Source: Octopus vulgaris (lineage: Eukaryota). Taken from it: a DNA stretch of 64,000 nucleotides. Below, piece by piece: positions 47,450-61,878 of this stretch. Below the pieces are notes generated by a model. The model was given only the letters and a program-made list of their open reading frames with translations, did not search any database and was not told where the DNA came from. How positions within the stretch are numbered: position 1 is the first letter of the stretch; each line of letters opens with the position of its first letter. The stretch lies in contig OX597836.1 of the NCBI GenBank assembly GCA_951406725.2, forward strand, positions 9,672,001 through 9,736,000, read 5' to 3'. The position numbers and the translations under genes are program-made.

Positions 47450-48445
47450 CCTCGTGATCGTTACCTGCGTCGCCTTACTGGCACTTGTGCTGGTGGCACG
47501 TGAAAAAACATTTGAGTGAGGTCATTGCCTGTGCCACTGGACTGGCTCCTGTGCAGGTGACACATAAAAAGCACCACTTGCGCGTGGCTGTTGCCAGTAC
47601 CGCCTGACTGGCCCTATTGCCTGGTGGCACGTAAAAGCACCCACTACACTCTCGGAGTGGTTGGCGTTAGGAAGGGCATCCAGCTGTTGAAACTCTGCCA
47701 GATCAGATTGGAGTCTGGTTCGCCAGACCTCAGTCAAATCATCCAACCCATGCTAGCATGGAAAGCGGATGTTAAACGATGATGATGATGATGATGCTGT
47801 GACTGAGAAGACCCGGCAAGTAAAGTGAGATCACAGCCATAGCCTACACCGGTGTCACATAACCAGACCATTTAAAAGAGTACCTTTGAATCATTGGGTG
47901 ACATGCCATGCTTGAGGAGACCTACTGAGTCAAGTAAAATCAAAATCCCAATCAAAATGGAAATTGTAGTTGTGGCCAATGCCAGTGCCGCCTGACTGGC
48001 ACCCATGATGGTGGCACACAATAAGCACCATTTATACAGTTCTATATTTAAGAGATGAGGAATTATGTACATTATTTACATTTGATCATCATCATCGTTT
48101 AACGTCCGTTTTCTGTGCTAGCATGGGTTGGACGGTCCAACCGGGGTCTGGGAAGCCAGGAGGCTGCACCAGGCTCCAGTTTGATCTGGCAGTGTTTCTA
48201 CAGCTGGATGCCCTTCCTAATGCCAACCACTCCGTGAGTGTAGTGGGTGCTTTTTACATGCCAGGGGAGTCTGGCAGCGGCCACGATTGGTTGGTGCTTT
48301 TAACGTGCCACCGGCACAGAAGCCAGTCAAGGCGGCGCTGGCATCGGCCACGTTTGGATGGTGCTTTTTATGTGCCACCGGCACAGAAGCCAGTCAAGGC
48401 GGCGCTGGCATCGGCCACGTTCGGATGGTGCTTTTTACATGCCAC
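47450..48445. mobile_element. Two oppositely oriented RTE tail elements (47450-47796 plus; 48086-48445 minus)
   Basis: Family match with (GAT)n and (CAT)n tails. Confidence 0.85.
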
Positions 48446-48945
48446 GGCGACAGATATTTGTCCTCATCTTGTTTGTTGTTAACCCCAAGATTCCGAGTTC
48501 AAATTTCTATTAATTTCCATTTCCCTTTGATACGATTAAATATTTTAAGTCTTCGGATAATTTTCGGTTTTTAAAAGTTGGCATTTTTTTTTATTGCTGG
48601 CGAAGGACTGCGCCTGCGCAGTAGATGTTGAAAAGATTAGGATGTATAAACAAGGGACACATAGTTGATCGCCTTGTGTCTATATATTTAAATCTAAGGT
48701 GTCCCTGTTGAAAACGATTTCACCTCGCGAGTATAAGTTATTTACTTGCTAAAGTAAAATCAGAAACCAATTGGTCCAGGAAATTAGATGGTAAAAAGTT
48801 TTTATTGTTTCATTTCATTCCTGTCGAATTTTATCCCTCATTTTGTGGTTATAGAACCTTGCTGTTCTTTCTAGCATGTTGAATCCCACGAGTGGATTCC
48901 TTATGTGTTTAAATGTACACTGTATTTTATGACTATATATATATA

Positions 48946-49331
48946 TAGGCGCACGAGTGGCTGTGTGGTAAGTAGCTTGCTAACCACCCACATGGTTCCG
49001 GGTTCAGTCCCACTGCGTAGCATCTTGGGCAAGTGTCTTCTGCTATAGCCCCGGGCCGACCAATGTCTTGTAAGTGGATTTGGTAGACGGAAACTGAAAG
49101 AAGCCTGTCGTATATATGTATGTGTGTCTGTGTTTGTCCCCCTAGCATTGCTTGACAACCGATGCTGGTGTGTTTACGTCCCCGTCACTTAACAGTTTGG
49201 CAAAAGAGACCCGATAGAATAAGTACTGGGCTTACAAAGAATAAGTCCCGGGGTTGATTTTCTCGACTAAAGGCGGTGCTCCAGCATGGCCGCAGTCAAA
49301 TGACTGAAAAAAGTAAAAGAGTAAAAAGAGT
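48946..49331 (+). mobile_element. Full-length tRNA-derived SINE
   Basis: taggcgcacgagtggctgtgtggtaag head through the gtaaaagag tail. Confidence 0.92.
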
Positions 49332-50070
49332 ATATATATATATATATATACATGCTTAAAAACGAATGTATTTTCTCAGAAATGAAAAAAAAAGATGAAT
49401 AAATGGACATTTTTGAAGAAAGATCGTTAAAATTTTATTGATAAAGAGAGAAGTAAACAAACAAAAAAAAAGAAACCAATATATTTGAGATCACAGACTA
49501 GTTTTTTTTTATTTTTTTTTTTAAGAAAATTAGTTATTTTCATCACAGAAGTATGTGGATTTCAGGGACAACATTGCTTTAAAATTCTTATTCACAACCT
49601 TGTCCAACACATCTTTCATTCACAAATCACCTTATATTATTATTTCAGAAGCAAAATTATAAAGTTTCATGTATAAAAAATTGAAAAAAAAAAAAAAAAA
49701 AAAAAAGTTGATATATTTTGTGGTTCCTAGAGGATGCAGTGGTTGAGAAATAAACTTAGTAGTCACGAGGTTCCGGGTTCAACTCAAACATACTGTGTGA
49801 TATCATGGTGCATGTCTTCTCACCATAGTTTTGGGTTAGCAGATGCCATGTGAGAGAAATTTGGGAGACAGAAGCTGTGTGAGGAGGGAAAGCCTGTCGG
49901 AGGAAGATTATCTAGGGGCTATAATTCATAAGGGCAAGTCCAGTCAAATGCCATGTTATGGCCCTTTCTGCCTGGGAATATGTATTTTAGAATATCCACT
50001 TACCCACACTGGAATGGCTTTTATCAAAGCCGATGGAAATCCAGTTACCCACAGACATACACATTTAGAT

Positions 50071-50716
50071 CAGTAGTTCTCAACCGGGGTACAAAAAGGG
50101 TTTTTGGGGGTCTACACAAAGCAAAATAGTGTATTGGGGATCCACAGTAATATTTTAAGGGTCCATAAAGAAATTTTGCTTTAGATTGATACCTGTGCTG
50201 GTGGCATGTAAAAAGCACCATCCGTACGTGGCCGATGCCAGCGCCGCCTTGACTGGCTTCCGTGCCGGTGGCATGTAAAAAGCACCAACCGATTGTAGCC
50301 GTTGCCAGCCTCCCCTGGCACCTGTGCTGGTGGCATGTAAAAACCACCCACTACACTCACGGAGTGGTTGGCGTTAGGAAGGACATCCAGCCGTAGAAAC
50401 ACTGCCAGATCAGACTGGAGCCTGGTGCAGCCTTCTGGCTTCCCAGACCCCAGTCGAACCGTCCAACCTATGCTAGCATGGAAGACGGATGTTAAAGGAT
50501 GATGATATACTTATTGCAAGAAACAGCTAGATTTCTTTCTCGAACGTTTTACATAGATCAACCATCATAGGTTAATGTGTGAAAAAACAAAATAAGAATT
50601 TTGAAAGATTTATCTATAAAACTAGTTTTTAGACATTGAATGGCAATGGGGGTCCACCAGAATAAAATGGTAATGAAAGGGGTCTGGAGATAAAAAAAAA
50701 TGGTTGAGAACCACCA
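50071..50716. mobile_element. hAT-like MITE interrupted by an RTE tail element (50190-50505)
   Basis: TIRs cagtagttctcaacc / ggttgagaaccac. Confidence 0.65.
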
Positions 50717-50817
50717 ATATAGATGTATACATTGTGTGTGTATGTATGTATGTATGTGTGTGTGCATATATATATATATATATCTATACATGTATACAAG
50801 TATGCACTCACGCATAT

Positions 50818-50821
50818 TTTA

Positions 50822-50854
<33 letters not shown>

Positions 50855-51043
50855 TATAGTTAGTCAATAAAATACATATTGGAAAAGAAGCACAGATTAA
50901 AATTTTTGTTTTGAGATATATATATATATATAGACACACACGTATATATATATATATAGACACACACGTATGTATATATATAGACACACACGTATGTATA
51001 TATATAGACACACACGTATGTATATATATATATATATATACAG

Positions 51044-51094
<51 letters not shown>

Positions 51095-51119
51095 TGTAAG
51101 TATATATATACAGACACAC

Positions 51120-51156
<37 letters not shown>

Positions 51157-51183
51157 CATACACATAGGTGTATATATATATAT
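50818..51183. repeat. Compound TA/CA microsatellite with ~24-bp higher-order unit
   Basis: tatatatagacacacacgtatg repeats. Confidence 0.9.
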
Positions 51184-51527
51184 CATTATCAGTTATCATC
51201 CATTTTCTATGCTGGCATGGAACATACGAGTGAGTGAGTGTGTGTGTGTATGCACACATACAAACGCAACTTTAGGCAACCAGTCGCACCCATCATAAAG
51301 AATGTTTAAAAAAATGAAACCAAGATAATCCCTAAAGATTTTTCCAAATTTCAATTGGAAAACTTAGAAAAATATCCATTAAAATTGAAATAATTATGAA
51401 TTGCCATTTAAACATAAACTCCGGTGCTTTAGTAAGCATTCATTTGGATAAGTATCTCTTGGCTTCCATCAGTTAACATAAGAATTGGAATCACACAAGA
51501 ATTCAAATTAAAATAAGGAGGCACTAT

Positions 51528-52357
51528 GGGGTGCATTCCAGAAGTTTTGAGACTTTATTAGGAAAGGCAGTTATAACTGACCTAGAGTATTGTAACTTTA
51601 GTATATCATTCTTATACATCCAATAAGCTGACCTGCCAAAGATAGGGCTGTAACAGCATTTTGAACACATCCTAGTAAATGCTGTTTGTCACGGCTGACT
51701 TGTTTGCAGAATGCAGTCGGGATGTGAAGACAGGTTGGAAGTTTGCCATGCAATAAAGTTTGGTGTGTAACTGAGCAACGATGCTACACAGGCTTATGAA
51801 GTGCTCCAGACTGGTCATGGATTGACTTGTATGAACCAGGCATCTGTTGTTTTTTTTACTGGAACAAGAGGCTAAGCGAAGATAGTCCACCAGGAAGTTC
51901 ATGATGATCCGCTTTTTTTTTCGACAGTGAAAACTTCGTCTACTTCCTCTGAGTTCCCTGAGACAGTCAACAAAGAGTACTTTGTGGAGGTTTTTAGAGA
52001 ATTCAGGAAGAGATTTTGTTGCAAAAGGCCAGAGCACCAGTTCGCAATTCCATCCTGGTAACCAACCACTTCACAAAGGCAGGGTATCAAAACTGTCCCT
52101 CACTCTACACACAGTCCAAACCTTGCTCCCTGTGACTTTTGGTCACTCCCCAAGCTGAATGAGATGAAAGAGGCTGTGACATGGGTCCTGGACACCTTCC
52201 CTTTTGAAGACTTCCACAAGGGCCTTCACAAAGTGGCAGGAGCGCCACAACAGGCGCACTGAACTCAGAGGATCCTATGTTGAAGGCGATTAGAGTTTTA
52301 TATATCTTAAAAAATTGATGTCTTCATGAAAAAGTCTCAAAACTTCTGGAGACCCTG
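51528..52357 (+). mobile_element. Internally deleted mariner-like element
   Basis: TIRs tccagaagttttgagacttt / aaagtctcaaaacttctgga; remnant HSPNLAPCDFW.LPKL. Confidence 0.75.
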
Positions 52358-52399
52358 CGACGCAAGTTGGCCAAAATTGAGAGTATGATGGAAGGCTTG

Positions 52400-52654
52400 C
52401 TTTTCATTCAGTAGAAGATACAATTCAAATCGGACTATGTTAACATCAAAAAGGTGCTTTTTTCTATGAAAATCCCCATTTTTTACGATTTTTTTTGACT
52501 GCTGTGTTGCCTTTTTTTTTTTTGGTGTATTTCAACCGGAAAAATGTTCACTTTAAGACAATAACAAGCTACATAATGCAGAATTTTTGCTTTTCGAAAA
52601 TTCCAATTCTAAAGGGTCGAAACAAACCCGAGCAACACCGGGCGATACTGCTAG
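52400..52654 (+). mobile_element. Helitron-like 3' portion
   Basis: Ends acaaacccgagcaacaccgggcgatactgCTAG-t, like 30531-30563. Confidence 0.65.
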
Positions 52655-52910
52655 TGTGAAATAAAGTGTCTTGCTCAAGGACACAGTATACAGCCAGAAA
52701 TTGAAGTCAAGAGACCTCACAATCATAAGCCAAATAAATACCTTAACCGCTAAACCAGATATCTTCACTCACTCATATATATTGATCAAGATGGCCTTGC
52801 TCAGATTACACGCAATACTCTTTTGTCACTTGCACACATGCTCCTGTCACCACAGTGAGCCTGGAAGCAGTCACACACACACACACACGTGCAACTCTAC
52901 ACTCATATAT

Positions 52911-53803
52911 CTATTTCTTTACTACCCACAAGGGGCTAAACACAGAGGGGACAAACAAGGACAGACAAACGGATTATGTCGATTATATCGACCCCAGTGC
53001 GTAACTGGTACTTATTTAATCGACCCCGAAAGGATGAAAGGCAAAGTCGACCTCGGCGGAATTTGAACTCGGGTATTTCGTCTGCCGCTACGTTCTATTT
53101 CTTTACTACCCACAAGGGGCTAAACACATAGAGGACAAACAAGGACAAACGATTTTAAGTCGATTATATCGGCCCCAGTGTGTAACTGGTACTTATTTAA
53201 TCGACCCTGAAAGGATGAAAGGCAAAGTCGACCTTGGCGGAATTTGAACTCTGAACGTAACGGCAGACGAAATACGGCTTCGCATTTTGCCCGGCGTGCT
53301 AACGATTCTGCCAGCTCGCCGCCTTCTCTACCCTCGTATATCATCAAATGAAAGGGATTCAATTTAAAATTCAAGCTGTTAAAATAATATACAAACAAAC
53401 ATACATATTTATGTATTCTTTTACCTGTTTCAGTCATTAAGGTGTGAGGCCATGCTGGAGCACTGCCTTGAAAAATTTTTAGTCGAATGCCTTAACCCCA
53501 GTACGTTTTCATTTTTTTAAAGCTGAGTACTTATTCTATCGGTCACTTTTGCTGAACTGCTCAGTTACGGGGACATAAACACACCAACACTGGTTGTTGA
53601 GCAGTGGTGTGGAACAAACACAGACACACACACACATACTTTGGGCTTCTTTCAGTTTCCGTCTACCAAATCTACTCCTAAGGCTCTGATCAGTCCAAGT
53701 CTATAGTAAAAGACACTTGCCCAAGGTGCCACACAGTGGGACTGAACCCAGAACCATGTGGTTGGGAAGCAAGCCTCCTACAACATAGTCTCTCCTGCAT
53801 CTA
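52911..53803 (-). mobile_element. Cluster of SINEs (two gagctggcagaa-type copies, then one full tRNA-head SINE)
   Basis: Family consensus matches. Confidence 0.88.
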
Positions 53804-55176
53804 AATATATATATGTATATATATATGTGTGTGTGTGTATGTATATATTTGTGTGTGTATATGTGTGTGTATGTATATATATATAAATATATATCTGTAT
53901 TTATCTCTCTCTCTCTATATATATGTGTGTGTGTGTATGTATGTGTATGTATATATATATATATATGTATCTGTATTTATCTATATATATATATGTGTGT
54001 GTATATATATATATCTCGTTATAGTAACAGTGAAGAATTCTATGAACGTTGGGTGTTGGTTGCCCTGGGTGATTTTCAGAAATTGGAGTAAATTTATAGC
54101 AAGTTTTTTTTTAAATTTTAAATATTTTTTTCCAAATGTGCCACCATTATCTAAAATGAGAAAAAAAGGAATCTAAATCTCACTTAGGAAAGAAAGAGTG
54201 TATTTTTCTTTTTCATTGGTTTTTGCAATTTATTTTGAAATTTAAACAAAGGAAATGATTGGTCGGTTCGTCGTCCAATGGTAAGAGCAGATTAAAGGGA
54301 AAGGTGGGCGAGAGGGAAAATGTGGTAAAGTCAATGGTATTTTTTTTTATATAGAGCTTTAGGTTTGACCATCTACTTCACATTTTTGTCAGAACATTTG
54401 CCGTTTTTTTTTATTTTAAAAAATTTTCTTTGGGTTTTTCCGTAATTTTTCCTTTTCTTGTTCTGAGACAGGTGTGGAATTCTTAATAACCTTTTCTTTA
54501 TTTTCACTCACACACGCACATACATACATACATACATACACACACTGAGACACACACATGTGTGTGTGTTATTGCTCTAGATATCACTAATGGAAAAAAA
54601 AAAAAAAAAAGCATGTTTGTTTGTGAAACAAATTCTGAAATTGCATGTTTTTTCAACAAAATTTTTCAGTAAAACTTCATGAAACAATAATGTTGGGCAT
54701 CTGTGTGTCCATCATTATTGATGAATATTTTCCAAAATTTTGATAACTTTGATTGTCTTTCAAACTGTAACCTTGTCCCTTATCGTCTGCAATAAAAATT
54801 TATGTTGGTATCAAAGGGAGCTTGTAATTCCTCCCTGAAAAAATATTTAAGAAGGAATTGATGCATAATGGAATCTTTAATATTTGATTGAAGTTATTTT
54901 ATTCATATATATATAGATATATATATATGTATATATATATATATTTTTTTTTTTTTCAAAGGAGAATAAAATGTGTCCACTGCTTAGGTACGGGTAAGAA
55001 ATTATTGTGCGAATCACCTGCATGTAGCAGTTATAATTTCAAAATTAAAAAAATTAAATTTGTTTATTAATGCTAATTTCAAGAAGATTTTTGTAATTTG
55101 TCAGGAAGGAAAAAAAAAAAAAAAAAAAAAAAAAAATCAACACAACAAAAGTTAGTGCATATGCACCAACCTCAAC

Positions 55177-55208
<32 letters not shown>

Positions 55209-56395
55209 CTTTTCTATTATAGGCACAAGGCCAAGAATTTTGTGGAGGGGAATAATCGATTACATTGACTCCAGAAGGATGAAAGGCGAATTGACCTCAG
55301 TGGAATTTGAACTCAGAATGTAGCAGCAGACAAGGTAAGCATTTTGCCTGGTGTGCTAACAATTCTGCCAGCTCACTGCCTTAATAATAATAATAATAAT
55401 AATCCTTTCTATGGAAAGCACAAGGTGGGAAATTTGAGGGGGGAGGGGTGGAATCGATTTTATGAACCCCAGTGTTTCACTGGTCCTTAATTTATTGACC
55501 CTGAAAGGATGAAAGGTTAAGTCGACCACAGCAGAATTTGAACTCAGAAAGTAAAGACGGCCGAAATACTGCTAAACATTTTGCCTGGGATTCTAACGAT
55601 TCTGCCATTTTGCCACCTTATTAATAAGAACAATAAGAACAACAAGAACAACAACACCCACCCAAGCTTTTGTCAAACAGAGAATTTAAAGGTTAGTTTG
55701 ACTTGTTAGAAATAGCTACTAACTCTCCCTTAAATCACACTCTAGAAGCAGGGGAAAAATGCAGGAACAGTTATAAGTGAAACAGCATGAATCTGTTTTC
55801 TTTTGAGGTTTAAAGACTGGAACGAAAGAACAAGAAAATCTTGTATTACAGAGGTGATATCAAGCCAGTGATATCATACCTTGTCATCACAGATGTATGT
55901 AGTTCGGGCGACCTCTAGAATTAAGCTTAAACCCTTAATTGTGGTTGCAGAACTGTAACGAGTTTTTTTTTTTAAAATCACCCTAGGAAACAGTGATAGA
56001 AATAACAGACCTGCATAATAATAATAATAATAGTTTCACTAAACAACCGGGTTTTTGAACAGAAACACAATATTGGAAGGTGGTAAGAGATTTATATAAC
56101 CTACATGTGTCACGGTGAATATATTTAGCAGAAATATTGAGATATTGTGAAACTCTTACAGCTATCCTTGATGTATGAAATAATAACATTGTTGTCATTT
56201 ATATACACATATAAAGTTATATGAATATATATTTATATTTACATAATTTAGTATGTGTGTGTCACAAAGCTTCGGTCGGCTTGGGGCTATAGCGGAAGAC
56301 ACCTACCCAAAGTGCCACGCAGTGGGACTGAACCCAAAACCATGTAGCTAGGAAGCAAGCTCCCTAACCACACAGCCATGCCCGCGCCTACTGTG

Positions 56396-56401
<6 letters not shown>

Positions 56402-56447
<46 letters not shown>

Positions 56448-56855
56448 TATTTATTTATATATATATGTACATATTTATTTATTTATATATATATGTACAT
56501 ATTTATTTATTTATATATATATGTACATATTTATTTATTTATATATATATGTACATATTTATTTATTTATATATATATGTACATATTTATTTATTTATAT
56601 ATATATGTACATATTTATTTATTTATATATATATGTACATATTTATTTATTTATATATATATACATATTTATTTATTTATATATATATACATATTTATTT
56701 ATTTATATATATATATGTACATATTTATTTATTTATATATATATATGTACATATTTATTTATATATATATATGTACATATTTATTTATTTATATATATGT
56801 ACATATTTATTTATTTATATATATGTACATATTTATTTATTTATATATATATACA

Positions 56856-56896
<41 letters not shown>
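56402..56896. repeat. AT-rich minisatellite (~30-bp unit tatatatgtacatatttatttatttata)
   Basis: Direct reading. Confidence 0.95.
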
Positions 56897-56901
<5 letters not shown>

Positions 56902-56905
<4 letters not shown>

Positions 56906-57115
56906 AGGGGTTGCTGAAAAGTTCCTGGTTTTGGGTAAAAGAAAATAGAAGGGGACCAGTTAATTATGATTTTATTGAACATATTACCCTTTTAGATTCG
57001 CTTATTACAGCGGTCCTTCAGTTTGTCTAAGCCCTGTAAAAGAACTTGGAAGGTTTGGCCTCTAAGCAGGCCTTTCACGATACCCTTAGAACCAGGAACT
57101 CTACAGCACCACATC

Positions 57116-57117
<2 letters not shown>
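56902..57117. mobile_element. Short mariner-like MITE
   Basis: Imperfect TIRs tgctgaaaagttcctggtt / aaccaggaactctacagca. Confidence 0.55.
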
Positions 57118-57161
<44 letters not shown>

Positions 57162-57524
57162 TTTATTTATACACACACAAACATGCATCCATAGACACAC
57201 AATATACAAATGGAAAATATTTATCCAACAACTACCGTATTCGACACTCATTCATACTGTTTGATACTACCATATGTATACCAATTGTCAGTTCAGTGTT
57301 TGCTTTTCCCATGCTAGCATAGGGTAAGATGGACATGTATTACTGAGGTATTGTTTTACAGCCGGGTGCCCTTCCTGTCACTAAACTTTATCTGTTTTTG
57401 AAAAGATTTTTTTTTTTTATTCTGCATATCTTTCAAAATTTTATTGATAGGCGATAAAAAGTCATGGATTGTCACTATAGATCAGAAGTAAAGAACGTAA
57501 GTACTAAAGCTCACACATGTACTC

Positions 57525-57927
57525 TCTTTTACTGGTTTCAGTCAGTTGACTGCGGCCATGCTGGAGCACCGCCTTTAGTCAAGCAACTCGACCCCGGGAC
57601 TTATTCTTTGTAAGCCCAGTACTTATTCTATCGGTCTCTTTTGCCGAACGGCTAAGTGACGGGGACATAAACACACCAGCATCGGTTGTCAAGCAATGCT
57701 AGGGGGCAAACACAGACACACAAACATACACGCACACACACACATATATATATACATATATATGACAGGCTTCTTTCAGTTTCCGTCTACCAAATCCACT
57801 CACAAGGCTTTGGTCGGCCCGAGGCTATAGTAGAAGACACTTGCCCAAGGTGTCACACAGTGGGACTGAACCCGGAACCATGTGGTTGGTTAGCAAGCTA
57901 CTTACCACACAGCCACTCCTGCGCCTA
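57525..57927 (-). mobile_element. Full-length tRNA-derived SINE
   Basis: Family consensus match. Confidence 0.92.
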
Positions 57928-58829
57928 TCATTAAACATCACTTTTCTATGCTTGTATGGTTCAGACAGAATTCTACGAGTGGGTGCTCTTTCTGTTGCCA
58001 ACCCTCGTCTGTTTCCAAACAAGGTGATATTCTCTCAAAGCAAGACAATTTTTGCACAGAGGACTAGAAATGAACAACCTCGCTTGCATGACAGTGATGC
58101 TCGTTTACGACCATCAAGGCTTGTCTAGACAATAGAACACACACACGATGGGCTTCTTTCAGTTTCTGTTTATCAAATCTACTCACAAGGTCTTGGTCGA
58201 CCCGGGGTAATACTAGAATATATTTGCCCAAGGTACTACACAGTGGGACTGAACCCAAGACCACAGGGGTTGGAAACAAGATTTTTATTTATACGGTCAC
58301 GTCTACGCACACACACACACACACATGACGCGATTCCATGCGGTTTTCATCTACCAGTTTTCCTCAAAAGTGACTGGTTGGCCAGCCTGAGGCTACAACA
58401 GAGGACACTCATCTGAGGTGCCACGCAGTGAGATTGAACCCGAGATCACAGGATAGCCACGTCTGCATACACACACACACACACCTACACATATTTAACT
58501 TACAGTAATCTAAGTGATGTCCCTTGGATTGTCTGCAAACACGACTGTGCAAAAGTAAGGGCAGTGAATGCAAAAACATGGGTTGCGTCCCTTGAATTGT
58601 CAATGCATATTTTATGATCACATAAAAACCGATGCTGGAAATATCGCTAACATAACTATGTTGAGTATTTGAGTATAAGCGTATATAACATAAACGAATA
58701 TAGTGTATGTGTATATATATATATATATATATATTATAATTATTTGAGGTAATATTAATCCTAACTTACAGGGAAAAAATTTCAATTTAGAAATACTAAA
58801 TCAAATTTCACAATATAATATATATATAT

Positions 58830-59079
58830 AAAGTTAGAAAAAACCCCACCTTTTATCAATTCAAAATGAACAATTAAATTACACCTTCTAGAAAATTATA
58901 TATTATAGAAATATTAAAATAACAATAAAATACCAATGATTAAGTAAATTGCAAAAAAAAAAATAATAAAAACGTATATAATTGGTAGAATAACATTTTT
59001 ATTATATGTAATTTTCTAGATTGTGTAATTTAATTGTTCATTTTTGAATTGATAAAAGGTGGTTTTTTTTCTAACTTTT
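58830..59079. repeat. ~75-bp inverted repeat between TA tracts
   Basis: aagttagaaaaaaccccaccttttatcaattc / gaattgataaaaggtggttttttttctaactt. Confidence 0.85.
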
Positions 59080-59473
59080 TATATATATACACACACACAC
59101 GTACGTACGTACATATACAAATATATATTTCCCCAGAATGAGAGCAGAAATTGGAATTTACAAGGTTCTTGTGAATTCAATTTTCTATTTTTCTTCTTTG
59201 TTATATACTCGATGGACACAGGAATTCCTGAGGTAGATCCAGTGGCATTTATATCAATACTACGGACAACCTCAGGTAGCTACAAACAGCAAAAATGCTT
59301 TAATCGGCATACTACCAGGTGTATCCCCAAGCTTTAGATAACACTCTCTCTCTCTCTCTATATATATATATGACATGACCTGGGCCAAAACATATCTAAG
59401 TATATATATATATATATATATATACATATATGGATGTACCTTCTCTGATATTCATATTTGATTGTACTTTATA

Positions 59474-59600
59474 ATCTCTGAAGAGGCCTTGGGATATATT
59501 TGTAAGTGTCTCATTTATAACCACATATTAACCTATCACACCTGGCTAATATGAGCATAATGAGATACTCATATCTACATGGCTGAAACAGCTGTAAGAT
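59474..59600 (+). ncRNA. Type I hammerhead ribozyme with long stem-II insertion
   Basis: atct-CTGAAGA-ggcc-(~90 nt)-ggct-GAAA-CAGCTG-TA-agat. Intact core, stem I atct/agat, palindromic stem III ACAGCTGT. Confidence 0.7.
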
Positions 59601-59791
59601 ATAATTTATATTTATATTTATTCATACATATTGTACTTACTGTATCATATTACTCATTGATGTGCACTGTTTTGTTCTGTACTATTATGTTTGACCTTGA
59701 TGTTCATATGTAGTTGGTTAATAAATTATGTGAATGGGTATTATCTGGTAGTTGATTATTGATTAAGGTGTATTCTTCCATTTTCTTATTT

Positions 59792-59827
<36 letters not shown>

Positions 59828-60743
59828 TGCATTGATGCAATGAACTCAAAATTCTATTCATGGTTCTTAAAATTAATCTTGTTAAAGATTAAAAATATTC
59901 TAGCTCATGTATGTGTGTGTGTGTGTGTGTGTATATATCTTGCATAAAATCACAATCAACATCTGAATACGTAAGAATAAATAAACATATATATATATAC
60001 CCATGCCAGCATGGAAGATGGATGTTAAATGATGACTATATATATATATATATCATCATCATCATCATTTAGCGTCCGCTAAATATATACATACAAAATT
60101 AATAGATAAACAAGCAATTGCCTTGTGAAACTTAATTAGAATAAATTAATACAATTCAATTAGTAGTAACTATGTTAAGAAATAAATAAAATTAAAATAT
60201 GTTATCAAATTATTATTATTATTAACAAATATTAATTTATAACTTTTTATTTTTAATACTTTAAAAAAAAACAATAAAATGCTATAATGTTAAAATTATA
60301 AATTTCAACATGATATTATTAATTTGTCTCCTCTGCTCTCATAACCAATTAATTAATTACTCAATTAATTATAGATAGTATTTTAAGGATCTTTTAACAG
60401 TGCTTTATATATTACATTTGCTATTTATGAGAAAACTTTACCACCGGTATCATTTATAAACAGTTGTATTGTTGTCCCTGTTCTGTAGTGAGAGCCACTA
60501 GTCTAAGCCAACAGAGCAGAGAAGGAGAAGAGGTAGCAGATGGCAAAGACCAGTAGGAGCTGGAAATAAAATATCTCAAAATGACCACCACCAAAGACTA
60601 GATGTATTGAGCAGCAATTTAGTAAAAACATGGCAAGTAATTCATTAACAGAATTAGTAAGTATAGTAGGTGTGTACATGAATATATACATATTTATATA
60701 CACACACTGACACATTATTTGTATCTCTCACTGTCTGTCTCAC

Positions 60744-60780
<37 letters not shown>

Positions 60781-61644
60781 TAGATAAACACACATACTTC
60801 TGTGTGTGTCTGATTGATCCAGAAAACTATATTAAAAATCATTGAATAGGAAGACGGCAACAACTTGTTTCGCATCCAAAATTTCTTTCAGAAAGTCTTA
60901 CATAAAATATTTTAGACCTTCTTCAAGTCACGAAACCACTCCATTTTGAACCACAGCCTTTCAAAATAACCATTATGGCTATCAGGAAATGAGAAATGAT
61001 ATGTAAAAATCCTGGATCAAAATGGACTGATTTTTGTGGCTTGATGAAGGTTGCAAAATAATTTCAGTAAATATTTTGTGAAGAAAATTTCCAATCTGAA
61101 ACTAATTGTTACTTTTCCTGTTCTCAGATTTTTACGATATTATTCTGTATTGAAAATAATCTTCCCAGTGTATAAGGGTGGTCTTTACTTTTGACGTCCC
61201 CAACCCAGGATCACTATGTTTGTATATATGGGTGTATGTGTGTGTGTGTGTGGGTTGCTATCTCACATTAAAATAAACTATAGATTTATGTAATGTAGAA
61301 GCTTCAGACTCATATGTGAGTGTTTCTAATGAATCTTAATGTGTACGTTTTTCGAGCTATGGTTATTTTAGATAAAGTGTACAGGTATGCATTTCTATCT
61401 CCTTCCTTTCCTCCCTCTCTCAACCTCTTTATATATATATATTATACACACACACACACTTTATATATATACCAAATAAGTTAGGGGTTGTGGATCCAAC
61501 CCACTAAGGGATAATACTTATCCAATATACTGTTGGTATACTACCCAATTATTAATACACAAGTGTTTTTAATTGCAATGCAATAAACTTACTTATTGTA
61601 TTAAACGGGTGAAGGTAAAGAAATATTTTACCATTAATTTATAA

Positions 61645-61832
61645 TACAAATAAGAAAATGGAGAAACACTTTAGTTGGTTCATCAGCTTTAGGATATTAG
61701 AATGTTGATTTATTTAATTAACAAAACTATAACCATAATAACATGGTTGTAGTTTTGTTAATTAAATAAGACAACATTTTAATATCCTAAAGTTGATGAA
61801 CCAACTAATGTGTTTCTCCATTTTCTTATTTG

Positions 61833-61834
<2 letters not shown>
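61645..61834. repeat. ~190-bp palindrome with ~6-nt loop
   Basis: tacaaataagaaaatggagaaacac...aaccat / atggtt...gtgtttctccattttcttatttgta. Confidence 0.9.

Positions 61835-61878
<44 letters not shown>

Noticed and set aside
48946-49020. tRNA gene
   Set aside because: A/B-box-like head continues directly into a SINE body and recurs many times; no complete cloverleaf. No true tRNA or rRNA gene was recognised in the window.
54250-54995. Promoter-like CCAAT/GC motifs and a micro-exon ATGTGTCCACTGCTTAG|gt
   Set aside because: Motifs are short enough to occur by chance and no compatible downstream exon was found.
60489-60632. Possible plus-strand exon after a tgttctgtag acceptor
   Set aside because: Stops in all frames and no recognisable protein.
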